IMG/VR virus record: IMGVR_UViG_3300032019_000120
Source: an uncultured virus (IMG/VR IMGVR_UViG_3300032019_000120)
Taxonomy: Duplodnaviria > Heunggongvirae > Uroviricota > Caudoviricetes
Strand: one strand, 5' to 3'
DNA: 20,000 nucleotides
This document shows, piece by piece, positions 8,084-16,230 of the stretch. The translations under genes were made by a program, and so were the position numbers. Positions within the stretch are counted from its first letter, which is position 1, and every line of letters begins with the position of its first letter. The notes under the pieces were generated by a model, which made no database searches, had not been told where the DNA came from, and saw only the letters and a program-made list of their open reading frames with translations.

Positions 8084-8753
8084 GTTTAAAGGTATAACAG
8101 GATTTTTAGATATGCTCTGGATTCTCTTAGCAGGATTCGGAGCAATGTTTATTATTGCCTACTTACTTATTCAACCACCTGCAAAAACAGCAGATGTAAT
8201 TAAACGAGCTGACTATATTATTGTATTAGAATGGGATCCAAATTCAACAGATGATATAGACTTGTGGGTTCAAGATCCAAATGGAGCTATAGTAAGTTTT
8301 AGAAATAAGAGCAACGGACTTATGCATTTAGAAAAGGATGATTTAGGAGCAACTAATGATACCTTTGTTGATGAATATGGAAACAGAACTACTTTAAAAA
8401 TTAACAGAGAGATAGTAACAATTCGTGGAGTAGTCCCTGGTGATTATCAAGTTATGATTCACATATACTCTAGAACATATGAAGAAGGTGGGGTAAAATC
8501 CCATGAGAGTCCATTCTCAGTAGAGGTTATTAAAATCGACCCATATGATATAAAGGTGAGAGTGGAAGGGAAGTATACTCTGAAAGGCTCTGAGATTGGT
8601 ATAGTTAGATTCACTGTGAATAGTGCCGCCGATTTTATTACTTATAATAATCATGTAACTAGTTTTATAGGAGCAAATTTAATACGAACCACAACCCCTA
8701 ATCCAAATCGCAATGTATCTTTATCATCGTATGAAGAAGGTATAACTAGATGA
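8070..8753 (+). CDS. Single-pass membrane protein, probable MotB/ExbD-like partner with a YfaP-like C-terminal domain
   Basis: GTG 8070 follows GGAG. There is an Asp at the start of the TM helix (GFLDMLWILL), followed by LEW...DDIDLWVQDPNG, L..DD.G and RE......PG.Y motifs. Confidence 0.6.
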   Translation: MDKAKFKGITGFLDMLWILLAGFGAMFIIAYLLIQPPAKTADVIKRADYIIVLEWDPNSTDDIDLWVQDPNGAIVSFRNKSNGLMHLEKDDLGATNDTFVDEYGNRTTLKINREIVTIRGVVPGDYQVMIHIYSRTYEEGGVKSHESPFSVEVIKIDPYDIKVRVEGKYTLKGSEIGIVRFTVNSAADFITYNNHVTSFIGANLIRTTTPNPNRNVSLSSYEEGITR

Positions 8754-9232
8754 TGTTAGATGCTGACGCAATCAAATTAGTATTAGTAATATCATTATTC
8801 TTACTAATGGGGTTCTCTTTATTGGTTGCTATAAAATATAGTAGGTCGAATAATTGGCTATACTTTATGATTCCAATAATATTAATGTTGTCTATTAGCA
8901 CTAAAACTGGAATGGATCGAATAATGGGATATCCATTAATAGCTAACACAACTGAACACCACGTATATATACATCACATGGTAGGTATTAATAAGGAGTG
9001 GATTTACGTATGGGCCATTGAACATAAAATATCACCAGAACCGCGTTCATATAAGATTGAATACACGAAGAAAAGAGAAAAACAATTGGCAGAAGCTAAA
9101 CAAGCCCAAAACCAAGGTATTCCACAAGGAATATTATTACCACCACAATTGGAAGGGCCTGAGTCATCAGAGTCCCAAGATGAGACTTTACAACTTTACA
9201 ACTTTAATAGACTAGAAGGGTATGAAAAATAA
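8750..9232 (+). CDS. Hypothetical membrane protein with two TM helices
   Basis: Two hydrophobic N-terminal segments, then GYP, WIYVW and EPRSYKIEY. It is translationally coupled (ATGA) to the upstream gene. Confidence 0.7.
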   Translation: MMLDADAIKLVLVISLFLLMGFSLLVAIKYSRSNNWLYFMIPIILMLSISTKTGMDRIMGYPLIANTTEHHVYIHHMVGINKEWIYVWAIEHKISPEPRSYKIEYTKKREKQLAEAKQAQNQGIPQGILLPPQLEGPESSESQDETLQLYNFNRLEGYEK

Positions 9233-9821
9233 AATGAGTGACACAAAAGTAGAAAATGGGCCGATGAATCCGGCCGAAGCTATTCCACCAAAGATGGATT
9301 TACATCTAAACGGAATGATGGTGTTCATGGGTGACGTAACTATGGAAAGTATGGGTCCCGTAATCGAGTGGATCCTAGCAGCTAACATGAAGGTTAATAA
9401 GCCTAGTGAACTTACTTTAGGAGTATGTTCGAGGGGAGGCGATTTAAACGCCTGCTTTGCTTTGGTTGATGTTATGAGAGCATCCTCTATTCCTATTCGA
9501 ACGATCGGATTGGGTATGATTGCTTCATGTGGTCTTCTAATCTTTATCTCAGGCGAGAAAGGTAGAAGGATTCTAACACCAAACACAGCAATCCTATCTC
9601 ATCAATATTCTTGGGGTTCACAAGGAAAGGAACACGAGTTGTTCGCAAGAGTTAAAGAGATGGAACTTACAACTAAACGATTAATTGATCATTATAAAAA
9701 AGTGACTGGATTAACAGAGAAACAAATCAGACAACATTTATTACCACCACATGATGTGTGGTTATCAGCGAATGAGGCCAAAAAGCTGAAACTGTGTGAT
9801 AAAGTTGAAGAAATAAAATAG
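9222..9821 (+). CDS. clpP: ClpP protease proteolytic subunit
   Basis: S.GG motif, TIGLGMIASCG (catalytic Ser), SHQ (His) and DVWLSANEAKKL.L.D (Asp); 199 aa. Confidence 0.92.
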   Translation: MKNKMSDTKVENGPMNPAEAIPPKMDLHLNGMMVFMGDVTMESMGPVIEWILAANMKVNKPSELTLGVCSRGGDLNACFALVDVMRASSIPIRTIGLGMIASCGLLIFISGEKGRRILTPNTAILSHQYSWGSQGKEHELFARVKEMELTTKRLIDHYKKVTGLTEKQIRQHLLPPHDVWLSANEAKKLKLCDKVEEIK

Positions 9822-9850
9822 TTGACTTTTGACTTGAATTGTAGTATAAT
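9822..9850 (+). promoter_or_regulatory. sigma70-type promoter
   Basis: TTGACT (9822-9827), 17 bp, TATAAT (9845-9850). Confidence 0.8.
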
Positions 9851-9881
9851 ATAGGATATTACAACCAATAATTGATGTATT

Positions 9882-10592
9882 ATGATAGTAGGATTTACGT
9901 GCTCTCCGTTTGACTTGTTACATGCAGGACATACGGAGATGCTTAAAGAGTGTAAAGGTAATTGTGATTATTTAATCGTAGGATTGAATGCTAATCCTTG
10001 TAAGAACGGAAAGTATCCAGTACAATCTCTCATGGAAAGATTTACACAACTGAGTGCAGTCAAGTATGTTGATGAAATCGTTCCGTATGAAAGTGAGGCC
10101 GACCTAGTTAATTTACTACAACTGAAGATGCCAGGCATTCGGTTCGTCGGACAAGATTACATGGGTCAGAGTTTTACTGGTGATGATTTAGATATAGATG
10201 TTATGTTCAACAAACGACAACATACATTCTCATCTCGAGAGTTAAAGGAGCGAGTAGCTCTATCAGAAGCTACAGAGCTAATCCCAGGTCACATAGTAAA
10301 AGACAATGAGCAATACAAGGTTATTGATAATACAAACCTTAAAAACCTTACCTTGTCTACTACATCACTAAAACCAAACCAAAAAACAAACGGACATTCC
10401 CACGAGGGCATTGAGGAGATATACACATTCTTGTCCGGAGAAGGTATCATTGAAATAGATGGTATGGAGTACTATGCTGAAGCAGCTAAGTCATTTACTA
10501 TAAAGGATGGAGTACATCATCAAGTGTTTAATAAATCTTCTCATGAGGATTTAGTATTTGTATGTGCTTTTAATAACAGGAGAAGCCATTGA
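9882..10592 (+). CDS. TagD-like cytidylyltransferase fused to a C-terminal cupin domain
   Basis: FDLLHAGH (HxGH), CDYLIVGL, YVDEIVPY and FSS motifs; cupin motifs GHSH...EEIY.F..G.G and G.HH.V.N. Confidence 0.85.
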   Translation: MIVGFTCSPFDLLHAGHTEMLKECKGNCDYLIVGLNANPCKNGKYPVQSLMERFTQLSAVKYVDEIVPYESEADLVNLLQLKMPGIRFVGQDYMGQSFTGDDLDIDVMFNKRQHTFSSRELKERVALSEATELIPGHIVKDNEQYKVIDNTNLKNLTLSTTSLKPNQKTNGHSHEGIEEIYTFLSGEGIIEIDGMEYYAEAAKSFTIKDGVHHQVFNKSSHEDLVFVCAFNNRRSH

Positions 10593-11350
10593 AAAAACGT
10601 ATTGTACTAACAGGTGGAGAGGGATATATAGGATCCCATCTTGGGCCATACTTAGAATCTAATGGGTATGATGTAGAGGTATATGAAGGAGACATATTAG
10701 ACTTTAAGTTGGAAGAGGACAGACGAGTTGATATGGTAATTCATCTGGCAGCACTGACTGGAGTTAGAGCTAGTTTAGAGCAACCTGAGGAGTATTATCG
10801 AGTTAATGTTAAAGGATTCTCAAAGGTTATGCATGAGTGCAGATTAGAGAGGGTTAAGCTCTTATATGCATCATCATCCAATGCTGCTGAATGGTGGTCT
10901 AATCCATATGCAGTAACCAAGAAAATTAATGAAGAGCTAGCTTGTGTTCCCTCTGTAACTCCATCTAGTGATTGCATCGGATTCAGGCCTCATACAGTAT
11001 ATCCTGGAAGACCTGATATGTTGTTCGATCAGCTGATGAACGATCCAAATCAGATTGAGTATATTAATACAAGTCACACAAGAGACTTTACTCATATTAA
11101 TGATTTATGCTCAGCAGTGTTGACTTTAGTCGAGAATTATAGTATAATAGAAGATAAAGTTGTAGATATTGGTAGCGGCGAAGCAGTAAGTGTTTTAGAC
11201 GTTGCTAGAGCGTTTGGATGGGATGGAATACGAAGGTCTAGTCCAACTCCTCATGAACGAGTTAACACTCAAGCAGATACTACAACACTACGAAAACTAG
11301 GCTGGGAACCAAAACACTATATATTCGATGAAATTAATAATATTAAATGA
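10589..11350 (+). CDS. NAD-dependent epimerase/dehydratase (extended SDR)
   Basis: TGGEGYIG, IHLAA, YASSS, YAVTK (YxxxK) and RDFTHINDL motifs. Confidence 0.9.
   Translation: MKKRIVLTGGEGYIGSHLGPYLESNGYDVEVYEGDILDFKLEEDRRVDMVIHLAALTGVRASLEQPEEYYRVNVKGFSKVMHECRLERVKLLYASSSNAAEWWSNPYAVTKKINEELACVPSVTPSSDCIGFRPHTVYPGRPDMLFDQLMNDPNQIEYINTSHTRDFTHINDLCSAVLTLVENYSIIEDKVVDIGSGEAVSVLDVARAFGWDGIRRSSPTPHERVNTQADTTTLRKLGWEPKHYIFDEINNIK
11120..11148 (+). promoter_or_regulatory. Intragenic sigma70-type promoter, probably driving gp47-gp46
   Basis: TTGACT (11120-11125), 17 bp, TATAAT (11143-11148), inside the epimerase CDS and about 180 bp upstream of gp47. Confidence 0.7.
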
Positions 11351-12386
11351 CACCCATTGCGGAGTAAGAAACTCTTCTGAAATCTTTATAAATTACCAAG
11401 AACGCTTCTACCAAGATGTGTTTTTTCCATATTGTATAGAGCACAACATCAAGCATGTACTACATCTTGGTGATTATTATGACCACAGAAAGAATGTGAA
11501 CTTCAAAGCGTTGAATGCTAACCGTCGTATGTTCCTAGAACCTCTACGAGACAATGGAATGACTATGGATATCATTCCAGGTAATCATGATGTGTTTCAT
11601 AAGAACACTAATGAGTTATGCTCGCTGAAAGAGCTACTTGGTTACTATACGTCTAACGTGAACATCTTTATGAAGCCTACAACGGTAGACTATGATGGAT
11701 TCCCAATCAACTTTCTCCCGTGGATTAACTCAGAAAATTATGCTGAGTCTATGGATTTCGTTAAAAAGAACTCAGGGATGATATGTGCACATCTTGAACT
11801 ATCTGACTTTGAGGTGATGAGGGGAATCAAACAACAGCACGGTATGAGTCCTACTCACTTTAGACACTACGACAAAGTATTATCAGGACACTATCATGCT
11901 AAATCATCTCAAGGCAATATCAACTACCTTGGATGCCAGTTGGAGTTTACTTGGGCTGATGCACATGATGGGAAGTACTTCCATGTATTGGATACAGAAG
12001 ATGGATCGTTAACACCTGTGATAAATCCAATCACCATATTCCAGAAAGTATACTATGATGATACTACAACCAACTATGATGAATATGATGTATCAATATT
12101 CGATAATAAGTTCGTTAAAGTAGTAGTATCGAATAAAACTAATCCATTCATGTTTGATAAGTTTATTGATCGAATCGCTGATCTTAACACACATGAATTA
12201 AAAATTGCTGAGAACTTCTCTGAATTTCTTGGCGAAAATGTTGTTACTAACATTGAAGATGTTGAGAACACCACTGATTTAATGAACAACTATATCGATG
12301 GAGTAACAACCGACTTAGATAAGGGTAAGTTAAAGACCCTTATGAACACACTTTATAATGAGGCACTTGACATGGAGATACAATAA
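11328..12386 (+). CDS. gp47: Recombination endonuclease gp47 (Mre11/SbcD-like)
   Basis: DTH.G, HLGD..D.RK, GNHD, AHLEL and SGHYH metallophosphoesterase motifs. Confidence 0.95.
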   Translation: MKLIILNDTHCGVRNSSEIFINYQERFYQDVFFPYCIEHNIKHVLHLGDYYDHRKNVNFKALNANRRMFLEPLRDNGMTMDIIPGNHDVFHKNTNELCSLKELLGYYTSNVNIFMKPTTVDYDGFPINFLPWINSENYAESMDFVKKNSGMICAHLELSDFEVMRGIKQQHGMSPTHFRHYDKVLSGHYHAKSSQGNINYLGCQLEFTWADAHDGKYFHVLDTEDGSLTPVINPITIFQKVYYDDTTTNYDEYDVSIFDNKFVKVVVSNKTNPFMFDKFIDRIADLNTHELKIAENFSEFLGENVVTNIEDVENTTDLMNNYIDGVTTDLDKGKLKTLMNTLYNEALDMEIQ

Positions 12387-12763
12387 TGAAATTTTTAATG
12401 ACTTTACTATTAGCTACAAGTATTACTACACCCACCTACGCAACTATTAACGGAAACGACCCATCACAATGTGATTGTGAAAGTGACATTCCTATTGCAT
12501 TATACTTACAGGACCTATCGATTGTGTATAATGTCCTCGGAGCTAGTAAATTTTACATGAATCGCTGTGGACCTTTGTCTACAAATGGTGTATACTATAG
12601 GGAACTAGCCATTAAATTACATGATTTGGATATGGGTTTGGTACAAAGTCAAGCAGGCTTCCAAGAGGGATGGATGGTGGCTGCGTCTTATCCATCATGC
12701 CGCGCCTTGTGGGATGGTTTAGACCAACTAGGAATTGGATTTTTATTTTCACAACCAGAGTAA
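12386..12763 (+). CDS. Hypothetical secreted protein (paralog A)
   Basis: Signal-peptide-like N-terminus MKFLMTLLLATSITTPTYA; clearly similar to the next ORF. Confidence 0.7.
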   Translation: MKFLMTLLLATSITTPTYATINGNDPSQCDCESDIPIALYLQDLSIVYNVLGASKFYMNRCGPLSTNGVYYRELAIKLHDLDMGLVQSQAGFQEGWMVAASYPSCRALWDGLDQLGIGFLFSQPE

Positions 12764-12765
12764 GT

Positions 12766-13119
12766 ATGAACAAACTCCTCGCTATTATGATATCTTTAAT
12801 GACCACTACCAGCGTGTCAGCATATACTGTTGACGACTTGTTGGTGTGGAGAGGATATACACATGAAGCATTAGGAGCAATGACATTCTTCCACTATAAT
12901 TGTGGAGGGGTATCAGAAGACGGCCGAGCTTTTATTTTAAAAGCAATGGCAAAATATGACATAGACCCGAAATTAGTACACATAACCAGCGACTCCTTTA
13001 TAGATGGATACAGAAAGGCTGAAGGCGAACCCAGTTGTGATGTACTATGGGCTAAATTTGATAAACAAGGATTCGCACACTTACTGACTTATGATAACAT
13101 TTCAGACGCTAACGTATAA
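12766..13119 (+). CDS. Hypothetical secreted protein (paralog B)
   Basis: Start moved to ATG 12766, which gives the signal-like MNKLLAIMISLMTTTSVSA. It shares LGA..F....CG..S..G and F..G...A...PSC..LW...D..G with paralog A. Confidence 0.7.
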   Translation: MNKLLAIMISLMTTTSVSAYTVDDLLVWRGYTHEALGAMTFFHYNCGGVSEDGRAFILKAMAKYDIDPKLVHITSDSFIDGYRKAEGEPSCDVLWAKFDKQGFAHLLTYDNISDANV

Positions 13120-14761
13120 GAATTTCCTGGCGGCAGGAAATAACCCAATTACAATCCAACTAGATAAAAGTAAATCCACCTTGATTGTGGGGGCTAATGG
13201 AGCTGGTAAATCTACAATACTGGATGCCCTTTCATTTGCTTTATTTGGTAAGGCTCATAGGAGTGTGCCCAAGAACGGATTGATAAATTCTGTCAATGGT
13301 AAACAATGTGAAGTATCGGTTGAATTTAATACTGCTGGACATGACTTTAAAATCATCAGGGGTATTAAACCTAATAAGTTTGAGGTGTGGCAAGATGGAT
13401 CAATGATCGACCAAAGCGCATCTGTTAGAGACTATCAAAAGTTTTTAGAACAGAACATTCTAAAACTTAATCACAAGAGCTTTCATCAGATAGTAGTACT
13501 TGGTTCATCATCATTCATTCCGTTTATGCAACTCAACTCTAATCATAGACGAGAGGTCATCGAAGACTTATTAGACATCAATATATTCTCAAAGATGAAG
13601 AGCATTCTTCGTGAGAATCTGGCTGGTGTTAGACAGAAGGCTCGTGATTCTAAAGTAGCATTAGATGCTCAGAGTGATAAGATTGATTATCAAAAGAAAC
13701 ACATACGTAATCTTGATAACATCAATATAGCAGCAAAGGCATCTAATGATGTAGCTATTAATACGCTGAAGGAAGATATATCCCAGTTGACCTCTAAGAT
13801 AACAGTGAGCGATGATGACGTCAAAGGTTGGAGTCAGACTGTCAACACTTTAACATCTACTAGAGATAGTCTACATCAACAAGTTGGTGTTTGTAAGCAT
13901 GATATCAAAAAGCTAGCTACAAGAGGTAAATTCTTTGAAGATAATGATATCTGTCCAACATGCACTCAAACTATAGAGGGTGATCTGAAACATAATATGC
14001 TTGATATCGTTAAGAATGATGCTGATAAAGTGATATCAAAAATGAAAGACTCTGAGAAGGAATTTGATAACGCAGTAGAGACGTTGAGATTAGTACATGA
14101 AGTTCAAACAGAGCATAAAGCAATCATTGATCAGATAGCACATAAGACCACCGAGTTATCTAATATTCAAAATCTAACCACGTCTCATGCTGATGTAAAG
14201 GAACCAGTATCTGATTTATATAAGATGATGAATACAGCAGATGAGTTAAGGGACGAGATGGATAGGTGTAATGACGACTTAACGTATGGTGAAATAGCAA
14301 GTGAGATGCTAAAGGATACTGGTATTCGTACAAAGGTTATTAGAGAGTATCTTCCAGCAATGAACACTCTAATCAATCAATACTTACAAACACTCGACTT
14401 CTTTGTTGCTTTTCATTTAGACGAAAACTTCCAAGAGACTATCAAATCAAGACATAGGGATAGCTTTGTATATGCAAACTTCTCTGAAGGCGAGAAGATG
14501 AGGATTGACTTGAGTCTACTGTTTGCTTGGAGACAAATAGCCAAGATGAAAAATTCAACTAACACCAATCTATTAATACTAGATGAAACGTTTGATTCTT
14601 CCTTGGATATAGAGGGAGTGGACAATCTAATGAAGATTCTGTTTACTCTAGATAAAGATACAAACACGTTTATCATATCACATAAGCCTGACATGTTGGA
14701 CGGTAAGATGAAGAGCAAAATTGAATTTAAGAAGATAAATAACTTTTCGAGGATAGCATGA
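13091..14761 (+). CDS. gp46: Recombination exonuclease ATPase gp46 (Rad50/SbcC-like)
   Basis: GANGAGKS Walker A, coiled coil with a CPTC zinc hook, FSEGEK signature, LLILDE Walker B and ISH. Confidence 0.96.
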   Translation: MITFQTLTYKNFLAAGNNPITIQLDKSKSTLIVGANGAGKSTILDALSFALFGKAHRSVPKNGLINSVNGKQCEVSVEFNTAGHDFKIIRGIKPNKFEVWQDGSMIDQSASVRDYQKFLEQNILKLNHKSFHQIVVLGSSSFIPFMQLNSNHRREVIEDLLDINIFSKMKSILRENLAGVRQKARDSKVALDAQSDKIDYQKKHIRNLDNINIAAKASNDVAINTLKEDISQLTSKITVSDDDVKGWSQTVNTLTSTRDSLHQQVGVCKHDIKKLATRGKFFEDNDICPTCTQTIEGDLKHNMLDIVKNDADKVISKMKDSEKEFDNAVETLRLVHEVQTEHKAIIDQIAHKTTELSNIQNLTTSHADVKEPVSDLYKMMNTADELRDEMDRCNDDLTYGEIASEMLKDTGIRTKVIREYLPAMNTLINQYLQTLDFFVAFHLDENFQETIKSRHRDSFVYANFSEGEKMRIDLSLLFAWRQIAKMKNSTNTNLLILDETFDSSLDIEGVDNLMKILFTLDKDTNTFIISHKPDMLDGKMKSKIEFKKINNFSRIA

Positions 14762-15063
14762 ATATTGAACCAAAAGACTTAATAGATGGAATATGTGAAG
14801 TAGAGAACATTCTACCAAGACAACTACTAGCAGACTTGAAGGGGACATACGAAAAGATGTACTCATTCAACGACTATTTGTCAAATAAGAAGATGCCTAA
14901 CCGTATGAAGGTTGACCTCGAAAGTAGATACTATAAGGGATATGCTTTAGCTATGAATACCGTTAACAAGATGCGGAGGAAATCTCAACGATTACTGTCA
15001 AGCGTTGTGCAGTGGGCAGTTATTGTAGGTGGTATATTATACTTACTGTCAGTTTTCTTATAA
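14758..15063 (+). CDS. Hypothetical protein with a C-terminal TM helix
   Basis: 101-aa ORF coupled to the gp46 stop, with a GAGGA RBS and a hydrophobic C-terminal tail. Confidence 0.6.
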   Translation: MNIEPKDLIDGICEVENILPRQLLADLKGTYEKMYSFNDYLSNKKMPNRMKVDLESRYYKGYALAMNTVNKMRRKSQRLLSSVVQWAVIVGGILYLLSVFL

Positions 15064-15066
15064 ATA
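15059..15066 (+). promoter_or_regulatory. Late promoter TATAAATA upstream of glutamine synthetase
   Basis: Exact consensus overlapping the previous stop codon. A transcript from it would begin just before the structured leader. Confidence 0.6.
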
Positions 15067-15073
15067 ATCACGA

Positions 15074-15123
15074 GAATCCAACGAAGGGTTCACCTTGACA
15101 ACGAAGTCCTTTTCACTAAAGGA
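15074..15123 (+). promoter_or_regulatory. ANTAR-type dual-hexaloop RNA leader with a competing anti-Shine-Dalgarno hairpin
   Basis: P1 is GAAUCC-AACGAA-GGGUUC (15074-15091), followed by a 5-nt linker and P2 GAC-AACGAA-GUC (15097-15108). The alternative hairpin UCCUUU-UCACU-AAAGGA (15107-15123) buries the RBS. Confidence 0.65.
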
Positions 15124-15131
15124 AAATAATA

Positions 15132-16118
15132 ATGTTAAATAAAACAATTCTAGAATACGTTTGGTTAGGAGCTAACCAAGAACTACGTAGTAAAATAAAA
15201 GTATCCCATAAACACATCAACACAATCAAAGATATATCAAAGTGGTCTTTCGACGGATCATCAACAGAGCAGGCCCCTGGTGACAAGTCAGATTGCATCT
15301 TAAAGCCTGTTAAGATGTATCCGAGTCCATTCTTTGATGATAGCTATCTTGTCATGTGTGAAGTTGAAGACCACGTAACCAACATAAGGAAAGACATTAG
15401 GAATGATGCATCTGCTATTTGGTTTGGGTTTGAACAAGAATATGTTATCTATAAAGATGGCAGAGTTCTAGGCTGGCCAGAAGAAGGTGAGCCAGGACCA
15501 CAAGGTCCATATTACTGTGGAGTAGGAACGGAAAATGTTGCTGGTAGATGGTTTGCTGACGAACACTTGAAATTATGTATTAGTGCTAATATTAATATTA
15601 CTGGCACAAACGCAGAAGTCATGGTTGGTCAGTGGGAGTATCAAGTGCTGAGTTTCGGAGCTAAGGCAGCTGGTGATGATGTTTGGATGTCTCGATATAT
15701 CTTACGTAGGCTAAGCGAGAAGTATGGATACATAATCAATTTAGAACCAAAGCCGGTTAAAGGTGATTGGAACGGATCAGGTCTACACGTGAACTTCTCT
15801 ACACCATCAATGAGGTCAGGTGCTACCAAAGAAACCTTCGATAATATAATTGATAAGCTAGCTAAAAGGCATGAAGATCATATTGCTGTATATGGTAAGG
15901 ATAATGACCAAAGACTAACTGGTAAGCATGAAACTGCTAGCATTGATGAATTCACTGCTGGACCATCTGATAGAGGAGCATCTATCAGAATCCCATTGGC
16001 AGTTATTGAATCCGATTGGACTGGGGGGTATCTTGAAGATAGACGACCAGCATCTAATGCTAATCCGTATGATATTACTAAAGTTATATTAGATACAATC
16101 GATTATAAGTTGAATTAA
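15132..16118 (+). CDS. glnII: Glutamine synthetase type II
   Basis: 328 aa with EYVW, WSFDGSSTEQA.G..SD, WFGFEQEY, GPQGPYYCGVG, NAEVM.GQWEYQ, GDWNGSG.H.NFS, RLTGKHET, RGASIRIP and GYLEDRRPASN motifs. Confidence 0.95.
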   Translation: MLNKTILEYVWLGANQELRSKIKVSHKHINTIKDISKWSFDGSSTEQAPGDKSDCILKPVKMYPSPFFDDSYLVMCEVEDHVTNIRKDIRNDASAIWFGFEQEYVIYKDGRVLGWPEEGEPGPQGPYYCGVGTENVAGRWFADEHLKLCISANINITGTNAEVMVGQWEYQVLSFGAKAAGDDVWMSRYILRRLSEKYGYIINLEPKPVKGDWNGSGLHVNFSTPSMRSGATKETFDNIIDKLAKRHEDHIAVYGKDNDQRLTGKHETASIDEFTAGPSDRGASIRIPLAVIESDWTGGYLEDRRPASNANPYDITKVILDTIDYKLN

Positions 16119-16153
16119 ACTAAACTTTAGTTGAATTTTTTACCGGGTCAATA
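16108..16153. repeat. Composite upstream element, copy 1 (19-bp box plus 25-bp box)
   Basis: AGTTGAATTAAACTAAACT (16108-16126) is the exact reverse complement of 18503-18521. AGTTGAATTTTTTACCGGGTCAATA (16129-16153) is identical to 18524-18548. Confidence 0.9.
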
Positions 16154-16166
16154 GTTAAAATAATTG

Positions 16167-16194
16167 TTGACCTTTGGTAAAAAGCGTGTATAAT
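16167..16194 (+). promoter_or_regulatory. sigma70-type promoter, probably early
   Basis: TTGACC (16167-16172), 16 bp, TATAAT (16189-16194), with an A-rich UP tract. Confidence 0.75.
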
Positions 16195-16230
16195 AGTAAG
16201 TACACCAATTGAGAACTACTATACTATATT

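Noticed and set aside
7583..8753. Zorya ZorAB defence system
   Set aside because: The MotA-like protein lacks the long cytoplasmic tail, the partner lacks an evident OmpA-like domain, and there are no zorC/D/E-like genes.
12670..12765. Longer N-terminus of the second secreted paralog
   Set aside because: It overlaps paralog A. ATG 12766 gives a signal peptide equivalent to that of its paralog.
15095..15100. Perfect TTGACA -35 hexamer
   Set aside because: There is no -10 element 16-18 bp downstream, and the bases are explained by hairpin P2 and its linker.
15070..15130. glnA glutamine riboswitch upstream of glutamine synthetase
   Set aside because: I could not build the three-way junction with an enclosing P1 stem expected of that motif. 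The dual-hexaloop model fits better, though an Rfam scan is needed to be certain.
16146..16151. Divergent minus-strand promoter from GGTCAA (also at 18541-18546)
   Set aside because: Neither copy has a convincing -10 at 17 bp (AAAGTT and TTAGTT).
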